Shown here piece by piece: positions 10,008 through 19,551 of a DNA stretch of 64,000 nucleotides. The DNA is from an uncultured archaeon (lineage in GTDB: Archaea; Thermoplasmatota; Penumbrarchaeia; JASLWR01), in assembly GCA_964430885.1 (NCBI GenBank), contig CAYSHM010000007.1:32001-96000 (forward strand). Direction: 5' to 3'. Position 1 is the stretch's first letter, and the number at the start of each line of letters is the position of its first letter. The notes below the pieces were generated by a model. That model saw nothing but the letters and a program-made list of their open reading frames with translations, was not told the origin of the DNA and did not search any database. The translations under genes and the position numbers were made by a program.

Positions 10008-11636
10008 ATGATGGCCATGGCAGGTTTTTTTGACACAAATAAAAAATTCCGGGTCCGTACGGGATCCATATCCTCATCAAAGGTGCAGGAAAGGGAACTG
10101 CGTGCAAAAGCAAAGAAATTGGCCAAGGACCCCGGACTGATCATTCCCAAATGCAGAGGGAAATGCTTCGGATGCCCTTTCAAGACTATAGAGAAAAAGA
10201 TCAGATCCATCCAGAAATACAGCGATAATCTGAAGAAGCTAAAAAGCGCTTCCAAAAGAGGCAACAAGGTTGCCCGGGCTTATGCTGGCACTCTCATGCT
10301 AGCTCACAAGGAATTCACTCCTTTCATGAAATTGTTCAAAACCCCGAGCGGGCAGATCCCTTTTGCCATAGTGGGTCAGAACGATCCTAGAAAGCTCATC
10401 GGAATACAGCATTTCGACAACCAGGAATACCGGCTCATGACCTTCATGGACCTGGCAATAAAAAAGAAAATATACATTTTCTCAGTAAAAGATGGAATGG
10501 TATGTACTGGGTCGGTAATGGCACCTCCTGAAGGGTTCATAAAGGATTGCGTTGACAGGCTAAAGGTAAAGTTGAGGCCTTCCAAAAAGGGATATATATA
10601 CTTAACCAAGAACCTCAGGCCAAAATTGATAAAAAACAGCAAACAGACAAGGGTGCCTTACATGGAACTGGTATGGACCCCTGCCAAGACAACTTTCGCA
10701 CTTGATGAGGTAACACTGCGTGGAACCAAGACCCATACAATGGCCACCTTGACTGGATTGGTGGCGGGGCCCAATATCAAGGACGGTTTTTCAGTAAAGG
10801 TCAAATACCTTCCCCAGTGTGCTGAAAAGTCGGATGACTGCACCCTTCTTGATCTGCACCCTGACCTCCAAGAGCATTACGGAGAATACAAGGATTTCAA
10901 GAGTATAGACCACCAGCTTATCAAGAAAAGCTATGAGGACATATTGGAAGCTTACTCTGATTCGGAAAGGAATATACTTCTTTATGACGGGTACTGCTTC
11001 ACCTCCAATATCAAGGGTTTTCTTGACCATGTGGGTGTCAAGGGAAGTGTAAGAACTGCATTGGAAGCGGTTCTGAAAAGGGTAAAGACCCCCAAGATCT
11101 ACAAGAAGAAGGAATCACCCCTGAACATTCTGCATAATCACTGGAAGGATTACGGATACTGGGCGCTGTTTGCGGTCTGCAAGGACAAAAAAGTGGCAAA
11201 GGAACTCCACACTGAAGATGACGTATCCACAACTTCAATCGTGGACCACCTTGAGGAAGCAAAGAAATCCGTGAGATCAATATCAATTCTAAAGGAATTC
11301 CCTGAATTCTCATCCAAGGACCTGCCCGAGCCCATTATCATTGCAGACAAAACCGCCAAACTATTCAAGAGCAGGGGGAAGAACGCTGCAGTGAACTATC
11401 TGGGCGGTTTGAGCCCAAAGGATAATCAATCCCACGGGACAATATATGCATTCCTTTTGGCCTTGAGCTCTACTTCGGGAAGGGAATGGAAATTCCAGGA
11501 GTCTCAGAGGGATGTGGGCGAATTTTTGAAACCCTTTGCCAAAGAGCTTCTGGAAGCCGGCCCGGAGAACTACACTGAAAAACTTCAGACCTTTTCCAGA
11601 TATACCGGGTCAACAGTAGAAGTGGTGTCCTTATGA
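10008..11636 (+). CDS. Hypothetical basic protein with N-terminal C-x3-C-x2-C cluster
   Basis: 542-aa Lys-rich ORF containing PKCRGKCFGCPF; function not recognised. Confidence 0.8.
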   Translation: MMAMAGFFDTNKKFRVRTGSISSSKVQERELRAKAKKLAKDPGLIIPKCRGKCFGCPFKTIEKKIRSIQKYSDNLKKLKSASKRGNKVARAYAGTLMLAHKEFTPFMKLFKTPSGQIPFAIVGQNDPRKLIGIQHFDNQEYRLMTFMDLAIKKKIYIFSVKDGMVCTGSVMAPPEGFIKDCVDRLKVKLRPSKKGYIYLTKNLRPKLIKNSKQTRVPYMELVWTPAKTTFALDEVTLRGTKTHTMATLTGLVAGPNIKDGFSVKVKYLPQCAEKSDDCTLLDLHPDLQEHYGEYKDFKSIDHQLIKKSYEDILEAYSDSERNILLYDGYCFTSNIKGFLDHVGVKGSVRTALEAVLKRVKTPKIYKKKESPLNILHNHWKDYGYWALFAVCKDKKVAKELHTEDDVSTTSIVDHLEEAKKSVRSISILKEFPEFSSKDLPEPIIIADKTAKLFKSRGKNAAVNYLGGLSPKDNQSHGTIYAFLLALSSTSGREWKFQESQRDVGEFLKPFAKELLEAGPENYTEKLQTFSRYTGSTVEVVSL

Positions 11637-11783
11637 GAACAGCACCGAAAAGGACTTTTCATTAATGGTTATTAGGAATTGCTCATAAATTATATATTCA
11701 ACAAGTGATATATCGTGCTAATCAATTCAATTGATAGGTTTCGTGCTAAAAAATAATTCCAAAACCTCCTTCAGGTGAAATCA

Positions 11784-12929
11784 ATGGCAAAGAAGAAAAA
11801 GAAAAAGAGTTCCGACAAGGATGATGTAGAGATTGTCTTCGAAGCAGTAGAGGACGAAAAAGAAAAGGAATCCGCAGAGGACCTGGACGAACTGGATGAT
11901 CTTCTAGACGATACCATTGATATTCTCTATGACAACCCCAAGAAAAAAGAGAAGAGTGGCGGGCGGAAAAAGAAGAAGAAAAAGAAGGTGAAAACCAATC
12001 TCCCACCTCCTAAGAAGAAAAAGAAATCGGTAAAGAAGGAAAAGAAAGAGGATGAAGAAGAAGAAGTAGAGAAGGATAAAAAGAAAGAAAAACCACCAAA
12101 AAAGGCCACAAAGAAGAAACCCAAGAAGACTGCCAAGAAGATCGCCAAGAAGAAAGAGGTGGTCGAAAAGGACGTTATGCTTGAGGTAGCGAACAAATGC
12201 GAACATCTGGAACTAGCTCTGGAGAACTTTAAGTACACCTATAATTCGGTCAAGGAGGAACTGAACAAACTCAAGGTTCAGAAGGACACCAACCAGGCGA
12301 AGATAGATAAATATGAGAAAAAGCTCGAGGTCTATAACAAGGATTTTGAGAAATACAAGAAGCGGGTCACCAAGAAGAGCAGTGAGATGGGGAAGAAGGC
12401 GAAGATAGAGATGATAGGGACAATGCTGGAAATATTCGACAACTTTGAGAGGGCTATATCCAACACCGATCCCGAATCGCCCTCCAAGGACCTGCTCAAA
12501 GGCCTTGAGATGATGAGCAAGAAATTCCTGAGCATTCTGGAAGGTGAGGGTGTTGAGCCTATCGAATCGGTGGGCAAGAAGTTCGACCCTCAACTCCACG
12601 ATGCATTAGCCATGCTTCATAATGATGACTACGACGACGGCATAATATGTCTGGAGATCCAAAAGGGCTTTGGTCTTCTGAACGATGAAGAGGACGAAGA
12701 GGATGAGAAAGAAGAAGAGAAGGATAAAAAGGGGAAGAAGGCGAAGAAAAAGATAGGTAAATATAAGAAGATCATTCGTCATGCCCGGGTTCATGTCTGC
12801 TCCAAGGATAAGGGAAATAAAGGAAAGGATAAGAAGGATAATGAGGACAAAAAGGGTGGGGATAAGAACAAGAAACCTGAAAAGAAGAAGACGTCTAAAA
12901 AGAAAAAGAAAGGATCTAGCAAGAAATAG
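11784..12929 (+). CDS. grpE: GrpE nucleotide exchange factor with long K/E-rich extensions
   Basis: Coiled coil then DFEKYKKR, DNFERA, GVEPI...FDPQLHDAL, QKGF and IIRHARVHV motifs. Confidence 0.88.
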   Translation: MAKKKKKKSSDKDDVEIVFEAVEDEKEKESAEDLDELDDLLDDTIDILYDNPKKKEKSGGRKKKKKKKVKTNLPPPKKKKKSVKKEKKEDEEEEVEKDKKKEKPPKKATKKKPKKTAKKIAKKKEVVEKDVMLEVANKCEHLELALENFKYTYNSVKEELNKLKVQKDTNQAKIDKYEKKLEVYNKDFEKYKKRVTKKSSEMGKKAKIEMIGTMLEIFDNFERAISNTDPESPSKDLLKGLEMMSKKFLSILEGEGVEPIESVGKKFDPQLHDALAMLHNDDYDDGIICLEIQKGFGLLNDEEDEEDEKEEEKDKKGKKAKKKIGKYKKIIRHARVHVCSKDKGNKGKDKKDNEDKKGGDKNKKPEKKKTSKKKKKGSSKK

Positions 12930-13250
12930 CTCATCTGAATGAAGCAAAATCCCTGTTCGACAAGCGATATATCATTCATATCTGAATATTTTACTATATT
13001 CGGGTTTTTATAAACTTATTGGAATAAACTAATCCCGCAGTTCACCCTTGGACAATAATTATTAAGGATAGTTTTTCGTTGGGATATGTCCCATTCAACC
13101 TTTTTATACAATGAACCGATTTACCCATTTTGACCGTCTTGAACATGCTGAATTCATTTCAGCAGAAGAGGGAAAATCAATTGCCCGAACCCGGTTTCAT
13201 GGACGGGAACTGAAAATAGTTTTCATTTACATATGCTAGGAGTTGTAAAA

Positions 13251-16200
13251 ATGGTAGAGCAGCAGGAAGAGCTTTTTTATTTTGATTATGACCTTGAGGA
13301 ATTTGACCATGAGGTCTCCCGGCTGATCAAGCTGGAAGAAGAGAGACAGCAGAGGAAGATTATCCTCATTGCCTCGGAGAGCATCAGCCCGGAACCGGTG
13401 AGAAAATGCCTTGGAAGCGTATATACCAACATATATGCCGAAGGTTATCCTTCTACCCAAATGGGATTGGATAAAAGGGAACTGCTGAAAGACCACAAAC
13501 ATCAGATGGCATATCTGAGAAGGTATTCCGATAAAAGGTACTATAAGGGAACTGAATTTGCCGATTTTGCCGAGGCCCTCGCACAGAAAAGGGTGGCTGA
13601 GCTCTTTGCCACTGAAAATGTACCCGCAGAGGATATATATGCCAATGTTCAGGCCCTTTCAGGCGCTCCGGCCAATAATGCGGTATTCACGGCATTCCTG
13701 AAACCCGGGGACACCGTCCTAAGTATGGCCCTCAACTGCGGAGGACATCTGAGCCACGGCAGCGAGGTGAACAGATCGGGCATTTTCCACAAGGTGATCC
13801 CTTACGGATTGGAAAGAGGACAGGATAAGCTCAACTACGACAGCATAGAAAAACTGGCATTGGAACACCTACCCAGGCTGATTATCGCGGGTTACAGCGC
13901 CTACCCCTGGGATATCAAATGGGATCGATTGAGGAATATTGCTGATAAGGTAGGTGACGGCTGTATATTGCTGGCCGATGTTTCACATATCTCAGCCTTC
14001 ATTGTTGCAGGCATCCTCAACAATCCCATCGAGCATGCCCATGTTGTGATGTTCACCACTCACAAGGCTATCGCAGGTCCGAGGGGGGCAGCGCTATTGA
14101 CCACTAATCCAGAACATGCCAGTCTTATTGATAGAGCGGTTTTTCCAGGGGAACAAGGCGGGCCCCACATCAATAATATAGTCGGCCAGGCGGTATGCTT
14201 CAAGATAGCCGCAACAGAGCAGTTCAGGAAATACGCAGAGAAGGTGGTGGAAAATGCCAAGTTCTTCTGTGAAGTGTCTAGAGAACTGGGATTGAAGATC
14301 GCCTACGGTGGTACGGAAACACATCTTTTCCTCATTGACCTGAAATGCCTGGGCAGGAAGAACGGATACTATGTGACCGGTGAAATAGCCACCAGGATAC
14401 TTGATCAGATAGGTATTACACTCAATAAGAACACCATATCCGGTGACGATAACTCCAACCATCCCACAGGTCTAAGGATCGGTGCACCCTGGATAACCCA
14501 GAGGGGTGTTTCAAAGGATGATATAAGGGAGATGGCGGAGATAATTGATTATGTTATCAGGAACATTCAGCCATTCCACTATGAAGGGATGGATGATGAG
14601 ATAGGCCGGGGAAAAATCAAGCTGGAGGTACTCCTGAAAGCTAGGAAAAGAACTCGAGACCTGATCAAGCGCATACATCAGAAGGATTATGATAAAGAGC
14701 GCGGGTATCCTTATTACCTAAACAATCCGGAGATCGGTGGTGAGTCCCCTCTTATGGACCTGCATGTTGAAAACGGGGCCGAAATGGAAGAGCGATGCGG
14801 GTGGCGGCTGCCCTTTTATAAGGCGGAATCATCTGGAGATATTAACGCTCCCGTTATAATCGATGCTTCATGCCAGCCTATCTTAAGGATTAGAGGAGAT
14901 GAGGAGAGGATAAGACCCTTCCTCGGGCAGATGTGCACCGGAGAGGTGCTCTTGGATATAGACGAATCAACAAGGACCTTTGTTCTGGATGAAAAGGGAA
15001 ATGTAATAGACGATGTGCTTATAACAAGGATCCATGACCCACGTCAGGGTTTCGCCTCTTATTATATGATAGGAAATGCCGAGAACGCCTATGTTCTCAG
15101 GGAATGGATCAGGGGCATAGCTGACGGTTACCTGATCTTTGATGAAGAGGACATCTACAGAAAAGTGGAGGGGCCAGCAGTTGTAGAGGATCTTCACAGC
15201 GACGATGATATCACCATCAGAAGAACCTGTCTTGTCATCATCGGAGACCACACTCTGAAAATCGCCGAAACCATCAGGAACAAATATCCAGGCATTATCA
15301 CAGCCTATGAAAAAATAGCTGGGAAAGATGTCGTCCACATCATCACTCCCTTGAAATCGATTGAAGAAATCTGGTCAGAAGTGAGTATAAAGGCCGGGCT
15401 GAAGCGAACTGATTCTCTGAGGAAGAAAGAAGGTTTGCCCTGCTATACTGAACTGGGAGAGGGGCAGGCAGTAATCGCTAAGGATATATTCCATGCACTT
15501 CCCGACCACTTCGCACTCCATAAACCCTATTTCGTCGGTCAGAAACCGATACTGAATGAGCTTGACCTGGAGGATGGGTCCATCAAAGAGAAAAAAACTT
15601 GGAAATGGACAGAGAAGGAAAAGGGTCTTCAGCGAACCGTTCTTTACCAGGACCATGTGGAATTGGGAGGACGTATGGTACCTTTTGCAGGATGGGAAAT
15701 GCCTGTATTCTACGAAGGTATAATGCCGGAGCATAAGGTTGTTCGAATCGGAGCGGGTCTATTTGATGTATCCCACATGGGAGTCATGGATTTCACCGGA
15801 AAATACGTGGCAGATTTCCTGGATATGCTTACTACAAATTATTCCCGATGGATTAGACCTGGGCAAACCCAATATGCCTATATCCTCGGACCCGACGGGA
15901 AGGTCCTTGATGACATATTCATCTATAGAAAGGCAGTTGATCGATATATGATGGTAGTGAATGCTGCCAATGCGGACAAGATATGGTCTTGGGTAAATGC
16001 GGTGAATTCCGGTCAGATCCTGCTGGACTCAAAGAATCCACATATTCGAATGCCTGAGGGAATTGTGATACGGAATCTCAAAGATAGAAGTTCGGGAGAT
16101 GAGATGAAGATAGATCTGGCCCTTCAGGGACCAACCGCCAGGGAAATACTGCTATCATTATGCAAAGAATCCCATTTGAGGGAGCTGAGAGAACTTGAAA

Positions 16201-16880
16201 AAGGCGATTTCGTCGAAGTGAATATCGCGGGTATTGAAGTAATGGTGGCTAGGACGGGTTATACTGGTGAGGAGATAGGCTATGAACTTTTCATTCACCC
16301 CGACAATGCCTGCAAGCTATGGCGTACCCTTCTTGAAAAGGGCAAGGAAAAGGGTATCGCAGCCACTGGTTTGGGATCGAGGGACTCCACCAGAACTGAA
16401 GCCGGTTTCCCCTTATACGGTCATGAGATCGAAGGAAAACTAGGCGTCTTCCCAATGGAGAACGGCTATTCCCAGTTCCTAAAGCTTCATAAACCCTTCT
16501 TTATTGGAAGACACAGGGCTGTGATACAGGCACAAGGAACTGAAATGGAGATTGCCAGATTCCAGATGATAAATACCAACATAAAGATGCTCAATACCGG
16601 TGATCCTGTTGCCAACCGCCAGGGCAGATGTGTAGGCTATGTGGCCAGCTCCGTATTGGTTGGTGACCGACAGATAGGACTTGCCTATCTAAAGAAGAAG
16701 GAGATAAGAACGGGAGCAAAGCTGAACATCTTCCCATTGGGCAGAAGCGGTCGGGCACCAAAGGAAACACCCCGGAACAGCTGGAAACCTGGAGATAGGA
16801 CTGTAATACCTGAAGAGTCAGTAATATTGACAAGATTCCCTGAAGACGGAGAGATGGAGGACCGGGCTCAAGGACTATGA
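13251..16880 (+). CDS. glyA-gcvT: Fusion: serine hydroxymethyltransferase + degenerate GcvT domain + intact glycine cleavage T protein
   Basis: SHMT motifs LIASES, YAEGYP, GGHLSHG, GYSAY, TTHK (PLP Lys) and QGGPH. GcvT motifs FAGWEMP, GLFDVSHMG, VVNAAN, ALQGP, RTGYTGE and GLGSRD...EAGFPLYGHE. Confidence 0.95.
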   Translation: MVEQQEELFYFDYDLEEFDHEVSRLIKLEEERQQRKIILIASESISPEPVRKCLGSVYTNIYAEGYPSTQMGLDKRELLKDHKHQMAYLRRYSDKRYYKGTEFADFAEALAQKRVAELFATENVPAEDIYANVQALSGAPANNAVFTAFLKPGDTVLSMALNCGGHLSHGSEVNRSGIFHKVIPYGLERGQDKLNYDSIEKLALEHLPRLIIAGYSAYPWDIKWDRLRNIADKVGDGCILLADVSHISAFIVAGILNNPIEHAHVVMFTTHKAIAGPRGAALLTTNPEHASLIDRAVFPGEQGGPHINNIVGQAVCFKIAATEQFRKYAEKVVENAKFFCEVSRELGLKIAYGGTETHLFLIDLKCLGRKNGYYVTGEIATRILDQIGITLNKNTISGDDNSNHPTGLRIGAPWITQRGVSKDDIREMAEIIDYVIRNIQPFHYEGMDDEIGRGKIKLEVLLKARKRTRDLIKRIHQKDYDKERGYPYYLNNPEIGGESPLMDLHVENGAEMEERCGWRLPFYKAESSGDINAPVIIDASCQPILRIRGDEERIRPFLGQMCTGEVLLDIDESTRTFVLDEKGNVIDDVLITRIHDPRQGFASYYMIGNAENAYVLREWIRGIADGYLIFDEEDIYRKVEGPAVVEDLHSDDDITIRRTCLVIIGDHTLKIAETIRNKYPGIITAYEKIAGKDVVHIITPLKSIEEIWSEVSIKAGLKRTDSLRKKEGLPCYTELGEGQAVIAKDIFHALPDHFALHKPYFVGQKPILNELDLEDGSIKEKKTWKWTEKEKGLQRTVLYQDHVELGGRMVPFAGWEMPVFYEGIMPEHKVVRIGAGLFDVSHMGVMDFTGKYVADFLDMLTTNYSRWIRPGQTQYAYILGPDGKVLDDIFIYRKAVDRYMMVVNAANADKIWSWVNAVNSGQILLDSKNPHIRMPEGIVIRNLKDRSSGDEMKIDLALQGPTAREILLSLCKESHLRELRELEKGDFVEVNIAGIEVMVARTGYTGEEIGYELFIHPDNACKLWRTLLEKGKEKGIAATGLGSRDSTRTEAGFPLYGHEIEGKLGVFPMENGYSQFLKLHKPFFIGRHRAVIQAQGTEMEIARFQMINTNIKMLNTGDPVANRQGRCVGYVASSVLVGDRQIGLAYLKKKEIRTGAKLNIFPLGRSGRAPKETPRNSWKPGDRTVIPEESVILTRFPEDGEMEDRAQGL

Positions 16881-17085
16881 CCAAAATCAGCTCGGACCCA
16901 AATAGGTCAATATATTAAAATATCAAATTAGCTAATTAGGTATGGACCTAGTATAATCAATAACAAAACGTTTGAATGGACAATAAGAGAATCATTGATG
17001 CATATTGGAAATCAAGGAAATAAAAAATCAAATAAAAGAAAAATTTAAAAATATAATTAGTAAAAACCCAAGGGGAAGTGGCGAC

Positions 17086-17487
17086 ATGAGTGAAGAATAT
17101 ACAGTGAAAGAAGACCTAAAATATACCAAATCCCATGAATGGATTAAGGTTGAAGGAAACCTAGGAACCATTGGAATAAGTGATTATGCCCAAAAACAGC
17201 TGGGTGACATTACCTATGTAGAATTTGAAGCCTTTGAGGATGATGAAGTTAGCCCAAAGGATGTCTTCGCAACCATTGAGGCAGTAAAATCTGCCTCCCC
17301 ATGTTATAGTCCCGTATCCGGGACCATTGCTGAGCTCAATTTTGAACTGGAAGATGAGCCCGAGGTCATAAACTCCGACCCATTTGGCAAGGGTTGGATA
17401 GTAAAGATAGAGATAACCGACCTTGGAGATCTTGACGGTTTGCTCACCAGCCAGGAATATGAAAAATTCTTAGAAGAGGGACAATAG
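17086..17487 (+). CDS. gcvH: Glycine cleavage system H protein
   Basis: Y-x-x-SHEW, GISDYAQ-x-x-LGD, EAVKS (lipoyl Lys) and INSDPFG-x-GW; start moved to ATG 17086. Confidence 0.96.
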   Translation: MSEEYTVKEDLKYTKSHEWIKVEGNLGTIGISDYAQKQLGDITYVEFEAFEDDEVSPKDVFATIEAVKSASPCYSPVSGTIAELNFELEDEPEVINSDPFGKGWIVKIEITDLGDLDGLLTSQEYEKFLEEGQ

Positions 17488-17687
17488 CTCCTCTGCTTGT
17501 GAGGAAAATAGGACTGTTGGAATGAAGCTATGATCTATCACATAGGTTCACTGAAACTAGTTGCCTGAAATTCCTCAAATGAACTCTTATCATTTCTCCC
17601 TTATCCCATAATGAGCTTTGTTTGTTACCTGAATAAACAGCTCTAAACCACAGGGAAGGTTTTTACTCTGGATGGTGTCATAATAGA

Positions 17688-18518
17688 ATGAATGACAGGC
17701 AATACAAAAAACTGATAAATGAACTCAAATTACCTGAAGATATCGAAAAGGTATCAAAACGTCACGGAATCACTAGAGAAATGGCCCTGGTCCTCTACAC
17801 CCAGAATGTGATCTATGACACGAAGAGGCGATTTTACAAGATAAAGGGCAGTTCAGCCAAGATGTACAAGAAATGGACAAAAGGTACCAGCCTTCTACAG
17901 CTGGCAGAAAGCCATTATTTTCCGCCTATCCTGACAGGCAAGCTCATATTGGCCCACCATGGTATACCCAGAAAGACCTACAATTCCTACGTCAGGGATC
18001 AGTCATTGGCAAAGGATCCCCGAATAAGACGGGAGATGACGGAGCTGGTGAAGAAAGATATTATATACTCTGAGGAAGGAAACCAAGTCCAGAGGGAACG
18101 GGGGCTCATGGCCGAGGCTGAAATAGGCATATGGTTAGAGGAGATGGGTGTTGGATATTATCATGAGAACGATCTCCGGGAAATGGGACACCAGAAAACC
18201 CCCGATTTCAAACTGAAGGTCCCAATTATCTACAAGGGTCTTGAACTCAATTGGATAGAGTCAAAGGCCAGCTTCGGAGATCGGAAGATTATGCGGGAGA
18301 ACTACACAAAGCAGTTAAAACCATACCGGCGGTTGTTCGGCCCGGGAATGGTCATATACTGGTTTGGTTTTATTGTTCCCTACAAGGAACATCAGAATAT
18401 CATTATCGCCAACAGGAGCGTCCTCATCGACTACGGTAATATATCCGTTAAAAAGGTCAAACCCGAGGATATGGATCAAGAAGCAGATACATCACAGGGT
18501 GAAATGAGAGTAAAGTGA
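17688..18518 (+). CDS. TPD-domain / C15orf41 (CDIN1)-family PD-(D/E)XK nuclease
   Basis: G-x-x-x-E, KTPDF, NWIESKASFGD, QL-x-x-Y-x-x-x-FGPG-x-VIYWFGF. Confidence 0.9.
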   Translation: MNDRQYKKLINELKLPEDIEKVSKRHGITREMALVLYTQNVIYDTKRRFYKIKGSSAKMYKKWTKGTSLLQLAESHYFPPILTGKLILAHHGIPRKTYNSYVRDQSLAKDPRIRREMTELVKKDIIYSEEGNQVQRERGLMAEAEIGIWLEEMGVGYYHENDLREMGHQKTPDFKLKVPIIYKGLELNWIESKASFGDRKIMRENYTKQLKPYRRLFGPGMVIYWFGFIVPYKEHQNIIIANRSVLIDYGNISVKKVKPEDMDQEADTSQGEMRVK

Positions 18519-18584
18519 GATAAGGGTAATCATACCCTCCTCTACCTGATTATTCAAACAGCTAGAAACCTTATCAGAAAAGTT

Positions 18585-18839
18585 CTATTGGGTCCAGCGC
18601 AGGGATTCCAGAGGAAATGCCAAAGAGGTCTTTATAGTGGCAACATCGGTGAACTGCACCACAAAATCCGAGGCGCATTTTTCATTCTCTGCTTCAAAAA
18701 GGATAAGGGCATCTGGCTGTCCGAACATCCCTACTGATTTTATTATCTCCACACCCTTCATCATGACGGGATTCTTTAGAAGTTTGATAGCTTCGGTATT
18801 CTTACCAGGAAGTGTATCTATGAAGGTTACGAACAACAT
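18585..18839 (-). CDS. Small ferredoxin-like-fold protein (GYD / Lrp ligand-binding-like)
   Basis: 84 aa with FG-x-x-D-x-x-x-x-FEA and T-x-x-AFP pattern; AGGTGAT SD. Confidence 0.7.
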   Translation of the reverse strand: MLFVTFIDTLPGKNTEAIKLLKNPVMMKGVEIIKSVGMFGQPDALILFEAENEKCASDFVVQFTDVATIKTSLAFPLESLRWTQ

Positions 18840-18931
18840 AATGGATCACCTTTCAGGGCCGGCCACCGGCGGGTACCAACCCTCATTAACCAAACTATTG
18901 TAGTATGTCATATTTATAGCTCATTGAATAA

Positions 18932-19438
18932 TTAGAGAAACTCAATTGAAACAAAATGTTTCTGACCCTCGTAGTTATTATTGACAAAACGCAATTCATA
19001 GCTTCCACCGTGCAGAACTATGGGTTTATCCCAGGTCTTGCTTGTCGCATAGAGATTAAGTTCGATATATCCTACCTTTTCACCATCCATCTTATACCGG
19101 ATCAGGGTTGCATATGGACTTGGGTCTGTTGAATCAAGTGGAAGGATGTTGTCGCCGATCTTCACATAATCCACTCCCGCCATGAGCCGGTCAGGTATGT
19201 TGACATCCAGATTTCTTGTAGTACCGTTACCGCTGCTGTAGACCCTCTGGATTGTTTCTTTGATCTTGTCAAGTTCCATTTCAAGCTCGAGCTTGGCCTG
19301 TTTTTCCTGGTAGGCATTGAAACCCCCTATTGCAGCGGGGAGCGCTATAGCCATTATAATAACGGTGATCAATAACTTCATTGGAAGCTCAAGAACACCT
19401 TCATCAGAATCCATCAATCTCGGTCGTTTTCCTTTCAT
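18932..19438 (-). CDS. Archaeal pilin-like protein (class III signal peptide-like N-terminus)
   Basis: Basic leader, DEG|VLELPMKLLI hydrophobic helix, then an amphipathic helix and G-x-G-T-x-R motif. Confidence 0.7.
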   Translation of the reverse strand: MKGKRPRLMDSDEGVLELPMKLLITVIIMAIALPAAIGGFNAYQEKQAKLELEMELDKIKETIQRVYSSGNGTTRNLDVNIPDRLMAGVDYVKIGDNILPLDSTDPSPYATLIRYKMDGEKVGYIELNLYATSKTWDKPIVLHGGSYELRFVNNNYEGQKHFVSIEFL

Positions 19439-19551
19439 GTTGATCACTATTAATAAAAAACTATAAGAGTGCCAGCCTTTCATCAAGAAACTGATGACCC
19501 ATTAGGATTTCTTATGCCATTATGGAAATAGGGTGGAAATTGGATAGGCAT

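Noticed and set aside
12930-13250. Possible glycine, THF or ZMP riboswitch upstream of glyA-gcvT
   Set aside because: There are only short hairpins and a loose AGAAGAG...CCGAA...GGAAC resemblance. The conserved cores (CCGAAG...CUCUCAGG for glycine; GCCTGGG for pfl) are absent.
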